37,408 bases of DNA from a virus (taxonomy: Duplodnaviria; Caudoviricetes), in the IMG/VR virus record IMGVR_UViG_3300037424_003033, positions 1-37,408 of that record, one strand, 5' to 3'. The notes under the pieces are model-generated. The model searched no databases, was not told where the DNA came from, and worked only from the letters and a program-made list of their open reading frames with translations. Position numbers and translations under genes: made by a program. Below, in pieces: positions 17,831-26,814 of the stretch (positions within the stretch are counted from its first letter, which is position 1; each line of letters begins with the position of its first letter).

Positions 17831-18862
17831 ATGTACGGACATCCCAGCCTAACCACTGCCATGTGCGCCGCGCTCGCTCCCCGCGAGAGTATGGCGCTGT
17901 GCTTCGAGCTGCCCGTCGACGGCACCGCGCCGGAGTGGGTGGAGCTGATCCCCGCCGGCCCGGAGGTGGTGGGCCGCGACGGCCGCCGCTGGCTGTTCGA
18001 CCGCCCCGAGCAGGTGGTCGCCGCCAGTCTCGACGGCAGCCGCGATATCCCGCTGGACTGGGAGCACGCCACCGAGCTGCGCGCCCCCAAGGGCGAGACC
18101 GCCCCGGCCGCCGCCTGGATTGCCCAACTGGAAGTACGCGACGGCGCCCTGTGGGGCCGGGTCGAGTGGACCGAGCGCGGCCGCCAGTCCGTGGCCGCCC
18201 GCGAGTACCGCTATCTGTCCCCGGTGTTCCAGTTCGAGCGCGAGAGCAAGCGCATCGCCCGCCTGACCTCGGCGGGGCTGACCAACTCCCCCAACCTTCA
18301 TTTAACCGCCCTTAACCGGGGCTCCAACGACCCTAAAGCAGAGGAGACAACCATGACCCTGCCTGAACTCATCCGCAAGGCGCTGGGCCTCGGTGAAGAC
18401 GCCACCGTGGAACAGGCCGCCACCGCCATCAACCAGATGAAACAGGACCGCGACACCGCCCTGAACCGGGCCGAGTCGCCAAGCCTGGACAAGTTCGTGC
18501 CGCGGGCCGACTACGACGCCGCCCTGGAGCGGGCCAGCAACGCCGAGAAGGCGCTGGCCGACAAGGACGCCGCCGCCCTGGATGCGGACATCGAGACCGC
18601 CATCAACCAGGCGCTGGAAGACGGGAAGATCACCCCGGCCACCGTGGAGTACCACAAGGCCCAGTGCCGGGCCGAGGGCGGGCTGGATCGCTTCCGCGAA
18701 TACGTGAAGGCCGCCCCGGTCATCGCCGACGCCAGCGGCCTGGACGGCAAGAAGCCGGAAGGCGAGGACCAGGGCAAGGCCCTGAACGCCGAGCAGGCGA
18801 AGATTGCCGCGATGTTCGGCAACTCCGCCGACGACCTGGCCAAGTACGGCGCGGACGCCTAA
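17831..18862 (+). CDS. Prohead protease/scaffold (Mu gpI)
   Basis: WVELIPAG, GRDGR, PLDWEH, APAAAWI, EYRYLSPVF, AGLTNSPNL; start inferred from promoter geometry. Confidence 0.9.
   Translation: MYGHPSLTTAMCAALAPRESMALCFELPVDGTAPEWVELIPAGPEVVGRDGRRWLFDRPEQVVAASLDGSRDIPLDWEHATELRAPKGETAPAAAWIAQLEVRDGALWGRVEWTERGRQSVAAREYRYLSPVFQFERESKRIARLTSAGLTNSPNLHLTALNRGSNDPKAEETTMTLPELIRKALGLGEDATVEQAATAINQMKQDRDTALNRAESPSLDKFVPRADYDAALERASNAEKALADKDAAALDADIETAINQALEDGKITPATVEYHKAQCRAEGGLDRFREYVKAAPVIADASGLDGKKPEGEDQGKALNAEQAKIAAMFGNSADDLAKYGADA
18353..18862 (+). CDS. Internally initiated scaffold protein (Mu gpZ-like)
   Basis: In-frame ATG 18353 preceded by GAGGAG in an A-rich linker; helical Ala-rich product. 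Confidence 0.7.
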   Translation: MTLPELIRKALGLGEDATVEQAATAINQMKQDRDTALNRAESPSLDKFVPRADYDAALERASNAEKALADKDAAALDADIETAINQALEDGKITPATVEYHKAQCRAEGGLDRFREYVKAAPVIADASGLDGKKPEGEDQGKALNAEQAKIAAMFGNSADDLAKYGADA

Positions 18863-18906
18863 CCAGCGCGCCTAACCGCCTTCTAGTTACCGAGGAGACC
18901 TAACCA

Positions 18907-19308
18907 ATGGCACTGACCAAAGACCGCAACACCCAGATGAAGGACGGCGAGCTGGTGGCCGTTCCCGTCGCCGCCGACGCCGTGATCTACGCCGGCGCCC
19001 TGGTGGTGGCCAACGCCACCGGCTACGCCGCCCCCGGCTCGGCCGCCACCACCCTGACCTACCTCGGCCGCGCCGAGGAGGCGGTGGACAACACCGGCGG
19101 GGCCGATGGCGCCGTCACCGTGCAGGTGCGCCGCGGCAAGGCGTTCAAGTGGGCCAACTCTGGCTCGGACGCGGTGACCCAGGCCGAGCTGGGCAAGACC
19201 TGTTACATCGAGGACGACGAGACCGTGGCCAAGACCGACGGCACCGGCACCCTGTCGGCGGCCGGCACCGTGGTGGCGGTCGATTCGGACGGCGTCTGGG
19301 TCGAGTAA
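18907..19308 (+). CDS. Putative capsid decoration/cement protein
   Basis: GAGGAG SD; beta-rich 133 aa (PVAADAVIYAGALV...GVWVE) between protease and capsid genes. Confidence 0.75.
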   Translation: MALTKDRNTQMKDGELVAVPVAADAVIYAGALVVANATGYAAPGSAATTLTYLGRAEEAVDNTGGADGAVTVQVRRGKAFKWANSGSDAVTQAELGKTCYIEDDETVAKTDGTGTLSAAGTVVAVDSDGVWVE

Positions 19309-19352
19309 CCCGGCAGACCTTCATCCATTCCCTATAAAGGAGAGCGACAACC

Positions 19353-20417
19353 ATGAAGCGCACCCTGTTTACCACTCTCGCCATCGTCGCGGGCCTGCTG
19401 GGCTCGGCGGCGGTGTTCGCGTTCGGCGGCGCCATGCCGTCGGGTCAGGTGGCGGTCAATCACCTGGCCGGCATCGACCTGCAAGACCTCGGCTTCCTCG
19501 GGGCGGCGGGTCTCATCATCAACAAGAGCACCCTGGATGCGGTGTTCCAGAACCTCAAGACCACCTTTAACAAGGCGTTCGATGCGACCCCGGCGCACTG
19601 GGAGAAGATCGCCATGTTGGTGCCGTCCGGCTCCAGCCAGAACGATTACAAATGGCTGAGCAACTTCCCGCGCATGCGCAAGTGGATCGGCGACAAGGCG
19701 GTCAAGGCGCTGGAGGCCTTCGGCTACACCGTGACCAACGACGATTGGGAGGCCACCGTCGAGGTCAACCGCAACGACATCGAGGACGACAACCTCGGCA
19801 TCTACGCGCCCCAGGCGCAGATGGCGGGCTACTCGGCCAAGCAGCTGCCGGACGAGATTGTCTTCGACCTGGTGAACGGCGGCTTTGCCAACGCCTGCTA
19901 TGACGGCCAGTACTTCTTCGACACCGACCACGAGGTGGCCGGCGCGTCGGTGAGCAACAAGGGCACCGTGGCCCTGTCCATCGCCACCCTGGCGGCGGCT
20001 CAGGCCTCCTACGGCGCAGCCCGCACCGCCATGAAGAAGTTCAAGGATGATGAGGGGCGCCCGCTCAACATCACCCCGAACATCCTGCTGGTGCCGCCCG
20101 CGCTGGAGGATACCGCCAACGCGCTGATGACCAACGACCGCCTGGAAGACGGCAAGCCCAACCCCTACAAGGGCACCGCCGAGGTGGTGGTCGATGCGCG
20201 GCTCACCTCCGACACCGCCTGGTTCCTGCTGGACACCACCAAGCCGGTGAAGCCCTTCATCTACCAGGAGCGCAAGAAGCCGGTCTTCGTGCAGCAGACC
20301 GACATGAACGCGGACAACGTGTTCATGCGCAAGAAGTACCGCTTCGGCGCCGAGGCCCGCGCCGCCGGTGGCTACGGCTTCTGGCAGCTGGCCTATGGCA
20401 GCACCGGCGCCGGCTAA
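19353..20417 (+). CDS. Major capsid protein (Mu gpT family) with a hydrophobic N-terminal extension
   Basis: YKWLSNFPRMRKWIG, CYDGQYFFDTDH, KPFIYQERK, GYGFWQLAYGS; AAGGAG SD. Confidence 0.93.
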   Translation: MKRTLFTTLAIVAGLLGSAAVFAFGGAMPSGQVAVNHLAGIDLQDLGFLGAAGLIINKSTLDAVFQNLKTTFNKAFDATPAHWEKIAMLVPSGSSQNDYKWLSNFPRMRKWIGDKAVKALEAFGYTVTNDDWEATVEVNRNDIEDDNLGIYAPQAQMAGYSAKQLPDEIVFDLVNGGFANACYDGQYFFDTDHEVAGASVSNKGTVALSIATLAAAQASYGAARTAMKKFKDDEGRPLNITPNILLVPPALEDTANALMTNDRLEDGKPNPYKGTAEVVVDARLTSDTAWFLLDTTKPVKPFIYQERKKPVFVQQTDMNADNVFMRKKYRFGAEARAAGGYGFWQLAYGSTGAG

Positions 20418-20530
20418 GGCTGAGCGCCCCAGCCCCTGGGCATAACTGAGGGACCGGGGCGGCCGTAGCGAGGGAACGCAACCACTCCCGTGCGGCCGCC
20501 CACTTCTTCGGAGTGAGCAAGGAGACACCG

Positions 20531-20812
20531 ATGGCACAAGCCAAGACCAACAACCCGGCCGGCCAGAAACAGGCCGAGAGCAAGGCAGCCGAGAGCAAGG
20601 CGGCCGAGCAGAAGACAGCCGGCGGCGGCAACAAGGGCAAGAAGGTGCCCGTATTGCGCGTCCAGGCCAAGGCGGCCCGCTTCCGCCGCGCCGGCCTGAC
20701 CTTTGGCCGCGAGGAGCAGGTGATCGCCCTGGACAAGCTGACCGACGAGCAGGTGGCGGCCATCAAGGCCGAGCCGATGCTGGCGGTCATCGAGGACGAG
20801 GCGGAAGCGTAA
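20531..20812 (+). CDS. Mu gp35/HI1506-like protein
   Basis: AAGGAG SD; FRRAGLTF...IKAEPMLAV motif; AESKA repeats. Confidence 0.8.
   Translation: MAQAKTNNPAGQKQAESKAAESKAAEQKTAGGGNKGKKVPVLRVQAKAARFRRAGLTFGREEQVIALDKLTDEQVAAIKAEPMLAVIEDEAEA
20573..20617 (+). repeat. In-frame 15-bp tandem repeat x3 (AESKA AESKA AEQKT)
   Basis: GCCGAGAGCAAGGCA / GCCGAGAGCAAGGCG / GCCGAGCAGAAGACA. Confidence 0.7.
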
Positions 20813-20815
20813 GCG

Positions 20816-21238
20816 ATGCCCTACGCCACGCAACAGCAGGCCACCGACCGCTACGGCGCGGACGCCCTCCTGGTCATTGCCGACCGGGACGGCGACGGGG
20901 TGATCGACGCCGACGTGCTGGACCAGGCGCTTGCCGACGCCAGCGCCGAGATCGACACCTACCTGGCCGCCCGCTATCAGCTCCCGCTGGCCACCGTGCC
21001 GGAGGTGCTGGTGCGCCTGTGCGTGGATATCACCGTCTACCGCCTGGCCGCCGATGCGGACATGGCCACCGACGAGCGCCGCAAGCGCTACGAGGACGCG
21101 GTGGCGCTGCTGGTGCGCATCAGCAAGGGCGATGTGTCCCTGGGGCTGCCGGTGCCGCCGCCCTCCTCCAATGGGGTGGTGTCGGTCACCAGCCAGCCCC
21201 GGCGCTTCGGTCGCGGCAGCGGCCTGCGGGGGTTGTGA
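20816..21238 (+). CDS. Head-tail adaptor, Mu gp36 (DUF1320)
   Basis: YAT, ALADASAEIDTYLAARYQLPL, RYEDAVALL. Confidence 0.9.
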   Translation: MPYATQQQATDRYGADALLVIADRDGDGVIDADVLDQALADASAEIDTYLAARYQLPLATVPEVLVRLCVDITVYRLAADADMATDERRKRYEDAVALLVRISKGDVSLGLPVPPPSSNGVVSVTSQPRRFGRGSGLRGL

Positions 21239-21702
21239 TGGCCGGTACCGGGCTTCGCATCGACAGCGAGATCCAGGGCATCGACGCCCTGCAGCGCCGT
21301 CTCGCCGCGCTGGCCAACCCGGCCGCCCGTGGCGAGCTGCTGGAGAGCATGGGCGCGGTGGTGGAGTCGCAGACCCGCCGCCGCATCGAGGAGGAGAAGA
21401 CCGCCCCCGACGGCGAGCCCTGGGCCGACTGGTCCGAGGAGTACGCCAAGACCCGCCACGGCGGCCACAGCCTGCTGATGGGCGAGGGCGACCTGGGCGA
21501 CTCCATTCAGTTCGCCGTGACCGGCGATGCGGTGGAGGTGGGCACCAACCTGATCTATGGCGCCATCCACCAGTTCGGTGGCGACGAGGTGGGGATACCT
21601 ATCCCGGCCCGCCCCTACCTCGGCCTGTCGGACGATGACGGCGCCGAGCTGGTGGGCATCGTGAACGACTGGATCGACGCCACCCTGGAGGCCGGGCTAT
21701 GA
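21238..21702 (+). CDS. Virion morphogenesis protein (Mu gpG-like)
   Basis: APDGEPW, VGTNLIYGAIHQFGG, IPARPYLGLS; TGATG overlap. Confidence 0.88.
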   Translation: MAGTGLRIDSEIQGIDALQRRLAALANPAARGELLESMGAVVESQTRRRIEEEKTAPDGEPWADWSEEYAKTRHGGHSLLMGEGDLGDSIQFAVTGDAVEVGTNLIYGAIHQFGGDEVGIPIPARPYLGLSDDDGAELVGIVNDWIDATLEAGL

Positions 21703-22253
21703 GCCTGCTCACCCTGCGCCAGGCCATCGTGGACGACCTGACCGCCAACCTGCCGGCACTGAAGACCTGCGAGGGTCACGGCGGGCGCTTCGACGCCAAC
21801 GAGGTCAAGCGGGTGGCGGCCAAGGCCCCGGCGCTGTTCGTGGCCTGCCTGGGCGTGAGCGACACCGACGAGGCCCCGGACGGTATCGCCGGGACCGTGC
21901 AGTGGGGCGCCTTCGTGGTGGCCCGCGACACCGGCGCCAGCGGCCGCGATGAGGGCGGGCTCGCCATCCTCCAGGCGCTGCTGCTGCACCTGCCGGGCAA
22001 CCGTTGGGGGCTCGACCAGGCCGAGGGGCGACCCCAGGCCATCCGCGCCCAGAACCTCTACTCGGCCACGGTGGACAAGATGGGGGTGGCCATGTGGGCC
22101 GTCTCCTGGCGCCAGCGCATGGTGATCGGCGCGGAACTCGACCCGGCCACCCTGGACGTGTTCGCCACCTTCGACGCCGTGTACGACCTCGACCAGCCGA
22201 CCGGCAGCGGCGAGCCCGAGGCCAACGACCACCTGACCGGATTGGATCAATAG
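21699..22253 (+). CDS. Mu gp37-like tail terminator/completion protein
   Basis: HGGRF, APALFVA, QNLYS motifs; position before gp38 and sheath. Confidence 0.78.
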   Translation: MSLLTLRQAIVDDLTANLPALKTCEGHGGRFDANEVKRVAAKAPALFVACLGVSDTDEAPDGIAGTVQWGAFVVARDTGASGRDEGGLAILQALLLHLPGNRWGLDQAEGRPQAIRAQNLYSATVDKMGVAMWAVSWRQRMVIGAELDPATLDVFATFDAVYDLDQPTGSGEPEANDHLTGLDQ

Positions 22254-22264
22254 GAGACCCGACC

Positions 22265-22453
22265 ATGAGCCAGACCCTGTACATCAAGCCGGCCAAAGGC
22301 GTGAAGGTGCGCGACCCCAAGACGGGCGAGCACCTGCCCGAGGCCGGCGCCGAGGTTACCAAGAACCGCTACTGGCTGCGCCGCCTGGGCGATGGCGACG
22401 TGGTGGAGACCAGCAAGCCGAAGGCTGCCGCCAAGGCCACCAGCAAGGAGTAA
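22265..22453 (+). CDS. Mu gp38-like (DUF2635) protein
   Basis: IKPAKGVKVRDP...YWLRRLGDGDV; AGGAG SD. Confidence 0.85.
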   Translation: MSQTLYIKPAKGVKVRDPKTGEHLPEAGAEVTKNRYWLRRLGDGDVVETSKPKAAAKATSKE

Positions 22454-22459
22454 TGACCG

Positions 22460-23938
22460 ATGCCACCTATCAGCTTCAATGACATCCCGAGCAACATCCG
22501 GGTGCCGCTCGTCTATATCGAGTTCGACAACACCCGCGCCGTGCAGGGCACCCCGGCCATCAGCCACAAGATCCTGGTGTTCGGTCAGCGCCTGGAGGCG
22601 GGCACCGTGAATGCCGGCGTGCCGACCCGCATCACCTCCGACGCCCAGGCCGAGGACGCCTTCGGGCGCGGCTCCATGCTGGCGGAGATGCTGAAGGCGC
22701 TGCGCGTGGCCAACCGCTACACCGAGACCTGGGCCATCGCCCTGGATGATGACGCGGCGGCCGCTGCGGCCACCGGCAGCATCGACACCGCCGGCGCCGC
22801 CACCCAGAGCGGCACGCTCAACGTCTACATCGGCGGCCAGCGGGTGCGCGTGGGCATCGCCTCCGGCGACGGCGGCGCGGCCATCGCCACCGCCCTGGCG
22901 GCGGCCATCAATGCCGACACCACCCTGCCGGTGACCGCCGAGGTGGACGGCGTGACCGACACCAAGGTCAACCTGACCGCCCGCAACAAGGGCGAGGCGG
23001 CCAACGACATCGACCTGCGCACCAACTACTACCAGGGCGAGCGCACCCCGGCCGGCATCACCGTGACCATCACCGCCATGAGTGACGGCGCCGCCAACCC
23101 GGACATAGCCGACGGCATCGCCGCAATGGGCGACGAGTGGTGGAACACCCTGGTGATGCCCTACACCGACACCGCCAACCTCGACGCGCTCAAGCTGGAG
23201 CTGGCCGACCGCTGGGGGCCGCTGCGCATGGTGGACGGCATCGCCTACAGCGCCTACCAGGGCACCCACGGCGAGACCGGCACCTTCGGCGAGGGTCGCA
23301 ACGACCACCTGGTCACCTGCATGGGTACCGGCGACTCGCCGACCCCGCCCTATATCTGGGCGGCGGTCTATGCCGGCGTGGCCGCCTTCTCCATCACCAA
23401 CGACCCGGCCCGGCCGCTCCAGACCCTGCCGCTGCCCGGCATCCTGCCGCCGGCCCTGGAAGACCGCTGGACGATGGAGGAGCGCAACCTGCTGCTGTAT
23501 GACGGCATCAGCACCTACATGGTGGGCAGCGACGGCACGGTCAGCATCGAGCGGGCGATCACCACCTACCAGGAGAACAGCTTCGGCGTGGCCGACCCCT
23601 CCTATCTGGACGTGACCACCCCGGCAACCCTGGGCTATATCCGCTTCGCCACGCGGGCGCGCATCACCCAGAAGTTCCCGCGCCACAAGCTGGCCAACGA
23701 CGGCACCCGCTTCGGCGCCGGCCAGGCCATCGTGACGCCCTCCATCATCCGGGCCGAGCTGCTGGCGCTGTTCCGGGAGCTGGAGCTGAAGGGGCTGGTG
23801 GAAGACTTCGACCAGTACAAGACCGACCTGATCGTGGAGCGCAACGCCGACGACCCGAACCGCGTGGACGTAATGAGCCCGCCGAACCTGGTCAACCAGC
23901 TGCGCGTCTTCGCCGAGCAGATCCAGTTCATCGTTTAA
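22460..23938 (+). CDS. Tail sheath protein (Mu gpL)
   Basis: ISFNDIPSNIRVPLVYIEFDN, FGRGSML, DPARPLQTL, KFPRHKLA. Confidence 0.95.
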   Translation: MPPISFNDIPSNIRVPLVYIEFDNTRAVQGTPAISHKILVFGQRLEAGTVNAGVPTRITSDAQAEDAFGRGSMLAEMLKALRVANRYTETWAIALDDDAAAAAATGSIDTAGAATQSGTLNVYIGGQRVRVGIASGDGGAAIATALAAAINADTTLPVTAEVDGVTDTKVNLTARNKGEAANDIDLRTNYYQGERTPAGITVTITAMSDGAANPDIADGIAAMGDEWWNTLVMPYTDTANLDALKLELADRWGPLRMVDGIAYSAYQGTHGETGTFGEGRNDHLVTCMGTGDSPTPPYIWAAVYAGVAAFSITNDPARPLQTLPLPGILPPALEDRWTMEERNLLLYDGISTYMVGSDGTVSIERAITTYQENSFGVADPSYLDVTTPATLGYIRFATRARITQKFPRHKLANDGTRFGAGQAIVTPSIIRAELLALFRELELKGLVEDFDQYKTDLIVERNADDPNRVDVMSPPNLVNQLRVFAEQIQFIV

Positions 23939-23947
23939 GGAGGCCAC

Positions 23948-24301
23948 ATGGCACAGGTAACCGGAAAGGCCATCATCCGTGTCGATGGCGAAGAGATCCC
24001 GACCGAGAACGGCGCCAAGCTGAACCCCGGCGGCGTCAACCGCAACCCGGAGGCGCACGGCGGCAACGTCTACTACCGCGAGGAGGATGTGGCGCCGGAG
24101 TTGACCGCCCAGGTGATGCACACCGCCGATATCGACATCAAGGCGCTGGGCGCCATCGACAACGCCACGGTGATCTTCGAGGCGGACACTGGGCAGCGCT
24201 ACATCATGCGTGGCGCCTTCACTACCAAGCCGGTGGAGCTAGATGCCGGCAATGGTCGCGCCGACCTGGTGATGTCTGCCCGCGCCTGCGACAAGGAGTA
24301 A
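23948..24301 (+). CDS. Tail tube protein (Mu gpM)
   Basis: 117 aa after the sheath; AAGGAGG SD; FEADTGQRY. Confidence 0.88.
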   Translation: MAQVTGKAIIRVDGEEIPTENGAKLNPGGVNRNPEAHGGNVYYREEDVAPELTAQVMHTADIDIKALGAIDNATVIFEADTGQRYIMRGAFTTKPVELDAGNGRADLVMSARACDKE

Positions 24302-24307
24302 GCGGAT

Positions 24308-24700
24308 ATGGCGCAACTGAAAGTGACGCTCAAGCACGGGTTAAAGGTGGGTGAAGACACCCTTGCTGAGGTGACCCTGCGGGAGGTGACTGCGGGGGAC
24401 ATCATCGAGGCCCAGGACGAGAGCGAGAAGCTGGTCTATGCCGCCGATGGCGGCAAGCTGGTGCCCACGCTGGTGGCCAGCCCTACGATGGTTGGGGTGC
24501 ATGTGCTGCGCCGCCAGGTGGCCCGTATCGGCGACATGGACGGTCCGCTCTCCCTGGAGCAGCTGAAGCGCCTGCACCCAGACGACCTCAACCTGCTTCA
24601 AGCCAAGGCCGACGAGATGGACGGCGCGACCGAGGCCGAGGCGGCGTCCCGCGAGGTGGCGCAGCGGGGGCGAGGCGATGGCGACGGCGGTGGCGCTTGA
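24308..24700 (+). CDS. Tail assembly chaperone (Mu gp41-like)
   Basis: LKHGL, LREVTAGDI, LKRLHPDDL; between tube and tape measure. Confidence 0.88.
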   Translation: MAQLKVTLKHGLKVGEDTLAEVTLREVTAGDIIEAQDESEKLVYAADGGKLVPTLVASPTMVGVHVLRRQVARIGDMDGPLSLEQLKRLHPDDLNLLQAKADEMDGATEAEAASREVAQRGRGDGDGGGA

Positions 24701-24809
24701 GGGCGTCGAGCCGGTCATGGTCCGTCTTGGCTGGCGCCTGGCGGAAGTCCGAGCACAGCCGCTTAGGCGGCTGTTGCGTTACCTGAGTTCGGGAGCGAAG
24801 ACCCAGTGA
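24665..24809 (+). other. -2 frameshift site CGG GGG CGA and extension ORF of the long chaperone form
   Basis: CGG GGG CGA at 24665-24673; the -2 frame from 24669 reads GEAMATAVALEGVEPVMVRLGWRLAEVRAQPLRRLLRYLSSGAKTQ* and its TGA overlaps the tape measure GTG. Confidence 0.8.
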
Positions 24810-26620
24810 GCGACCTGCGCGCCTCCATCAGCATCGACCTGGCCGGCAACCTGGAGCGCCGCGCCCAGCGTTACGGTCAGTCGCTGGGGCGGTTTTCGCA
24901 GCAGGGCAACCGCTACCTGCGCGGGCTCTCGCGCACCGCGCAAGCCACCGGCCGCATGCTCGACCGGGTGGGTAACCGCTACACCGCCCTGCTGACCGGG
25001 GCGGCCGGCGCCGGCACGGCGCGCATGGTGATGCAGCTGGAGGAGCGCTTCACCCGCCTGGGCATCCAGGCCAACGTCGGCGCCGACCAGGTGAACCGTC
25101 TCAAGCGCTCCATCTACGAGGCCGCGCAAGCGCCCGATGTGCGGGTGGACCCCGGTCAGGTCACCGCCGCCGTTGAGGCGATTGTCGAGAAGACCGGCGA
25201 CCTGAAGTTCGCCCAGGACAACCTGCGCAACATCGGCCTGGCCATCCAGGCCACTGGCGCCGAGGGCCAGAACATCGGCGAGATCCTGGCCGAGATGCAG
25301 AAGGCCGGCATCACAGGGCCGGAGGCTGTGCTGCAGGTGCTCGACACCCTGAACCAGCAAGGCAAGGCCGGCGCCTTCACTCTCCAGAATCTGGCCGCTC
25401 TCGGCCCTCGGGTGGTGTCTGCCTACATGGCGATGCGCCCGGCCAGCTCCGAGGCATTCCGCGAGATGGGGGCGGTGCTCCAGGTGATTCGCCAGGGCAC
25501 CGGCAGCTCCGAACAGGCGGCCACCTCCTTTGAGGCGCTGATGCGGGTGCTGGGCGACACCACCAAGCTGGAAGTGTTGCAGCGGGGCGGCATCCAGGTG
25601 TTCGACCCGGAGGCGCTGAAGGCGGGCCGGCGCGAGCTGCGGCCTATCAACCAGATCATGGAGGAGATCATCACCCGCGCCCGCGGCGACCGGACCATCA
25701 TCCAGAAGGTGCTGGGCGACTCCGAAGCGGTGCGCGCCTTCAACGCGGCGGTGGGTGAGTTTGGCCGCCTCGGCGGCGTGGAGAGCCTGAACAAGTTCAT
25801 GGCCATCCACGGCGACGGCAGCGCCACCATCAACGATTCGGCACGGGCGGCGAAGACGGCCAGCGCGGCGATGCAAAGCCTCTATACCGCCTGGCAGAAG
25901 TTCGCCGACAGCGAGCTAACCGGCCCGATTCAGTCGCTGGCGGACAGCCTGAACAGCCTTGAGCCAGGCACCGTGGACCGCTGGATGCAGGTCGGCAAGT
26001 GGGCGGCCATCATCGGTGGCGGTGCGGTGCTGGCCAAGAAGCTGGGCGTTGGGAAGCTGGCCGGTCGGATGCTTGGCAAAGGCGGCGCCGCCGGTGCGCT
26101 AGGCAGCGCGGTCGGCATGGCCGGCGTGACACCGGTGTTTGTGGTCAACATGCCGGGCGGCCTCGGCGGCAAGGGCGGCCTGCCCGGGCTGGGCGGTGGC
26201 AAGGGTGGTCCATCGGTGCGCACACCTGGCCGCTGGCAGCTGCTGCGCGCTGCGCCGAACCTCAAGACCATCGGGGCGATGGGCGCCGGCGCGGTCGGTA
26301 CGGCGGGCGCGGCGGTGGCGGCGGCCGGTGCGGCCGGCTGGGGCATCGGCCGGATGATCGACAAGTACCTGCTGAGCGATGACACCCGCGACACCATCGG
26401 CGGGACCATTGCCACCGTCCTGGCAAAGCTGGGTAACGAGGAGGCGCAGCGCGCCCTGGATGTGAATCTGGCCGCCCGCGCCGGCATGGCACCGCCCAGT
26501 GGTCGGGTGACGGCGGTGGTGGAGCTTGACGACAAGCGTGCCCGCGTGCGCGAGGTGCGCAGCGACAGTCCGGACCTGGACATGGAGGTCGATTCCGGGC
26601 TGACGATGATGGGGCCTTAG
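24806..26620 (+). CDS. Tail tape measure protein (604 aa)
   Basis: Ala/Gly-rich helical protein after the chaperones; TPVFVVNMP motif. Confidence 0.9.
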   Translation: MSDLRASISIDLAGNLERRAQRYGQSLGRFSQQGNRYLRGLSRTAQATGRMLDRVGNRYTALLTGAAGAGTARMVMQLEERFTRLGIQANVGADQVNRLKRSIYEAAQAPDVRVDPGQVTAAVEAIVEKTGDLKFAQDNLRNIGLAIQATGAEGQNIGEILAEMQKAGITGPEAVLQVLDTLNQQGKAGAFTLQNLAALGPRVVSAYMAMRPASSEAFREMGAVLQVIRQGTGSSEQAATSFEALMRVLGDTTKLEVLQRGGIQVFDPEALKAGRRELRPINQIMEEIITRARGDRTIIQKVLGDSEAVRAFNAAVGEFGRLGGVESLNKFMAIHGDGSATINDSARAAKTASAAMQSLYTAWQKFADSELTGPIQSLADSLNSLEPGTVDRWMQVGKWAAIIGGGAVLAKKLGVGKLAGRMLGKGGAAGALGSAVGMAGVTPVFVVNMPGGLGGKGGLPGLGGGKGGPSVRTPGRWQLLRAAPNLKTIGAMGAGAVGTAGAAVAAAGAAGWGIGRMIDKYLLSDDTRDTIGGTIATVLAKLGNEEAQRALDVNLAARAGMAPPSGRVTAVVELDDKRARVREVRSDSPDLDMEVDSGLTMMGP

Positions 26621-26814
26621 CGACTTGACAGGTTGGCCATGTTCTCGCGGGCGGCTTGCTTGACCCAGCCGTTGTAGAGATAGGACCAACAGAGAATGAA
26701 GGCCACAGGAAAAACCCACCAGGGAAGGATGTCCCAGGTGCCGTAAGCGAATAGCCCGGTAAGGGCTAGGGATAGCGCGGCAGCAACCGCAGCAAGGCGT
26801 TGAGTAGTTTGCAT
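26617..26814 (-). CDS. Antisense moron-like small membrane protein (65 aa)
   Basis: ATG 26814-26812 with GGGAGA SD; two hydrophobic segments; lower GC than flanks. Confidence 0.65.
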   Translation of the reverse strand: MQTTQRLAAVAAALSLALTGLFAYGTWDILPWWVFPVAFILCWSYLYNGWVKQAARENMANLSSR

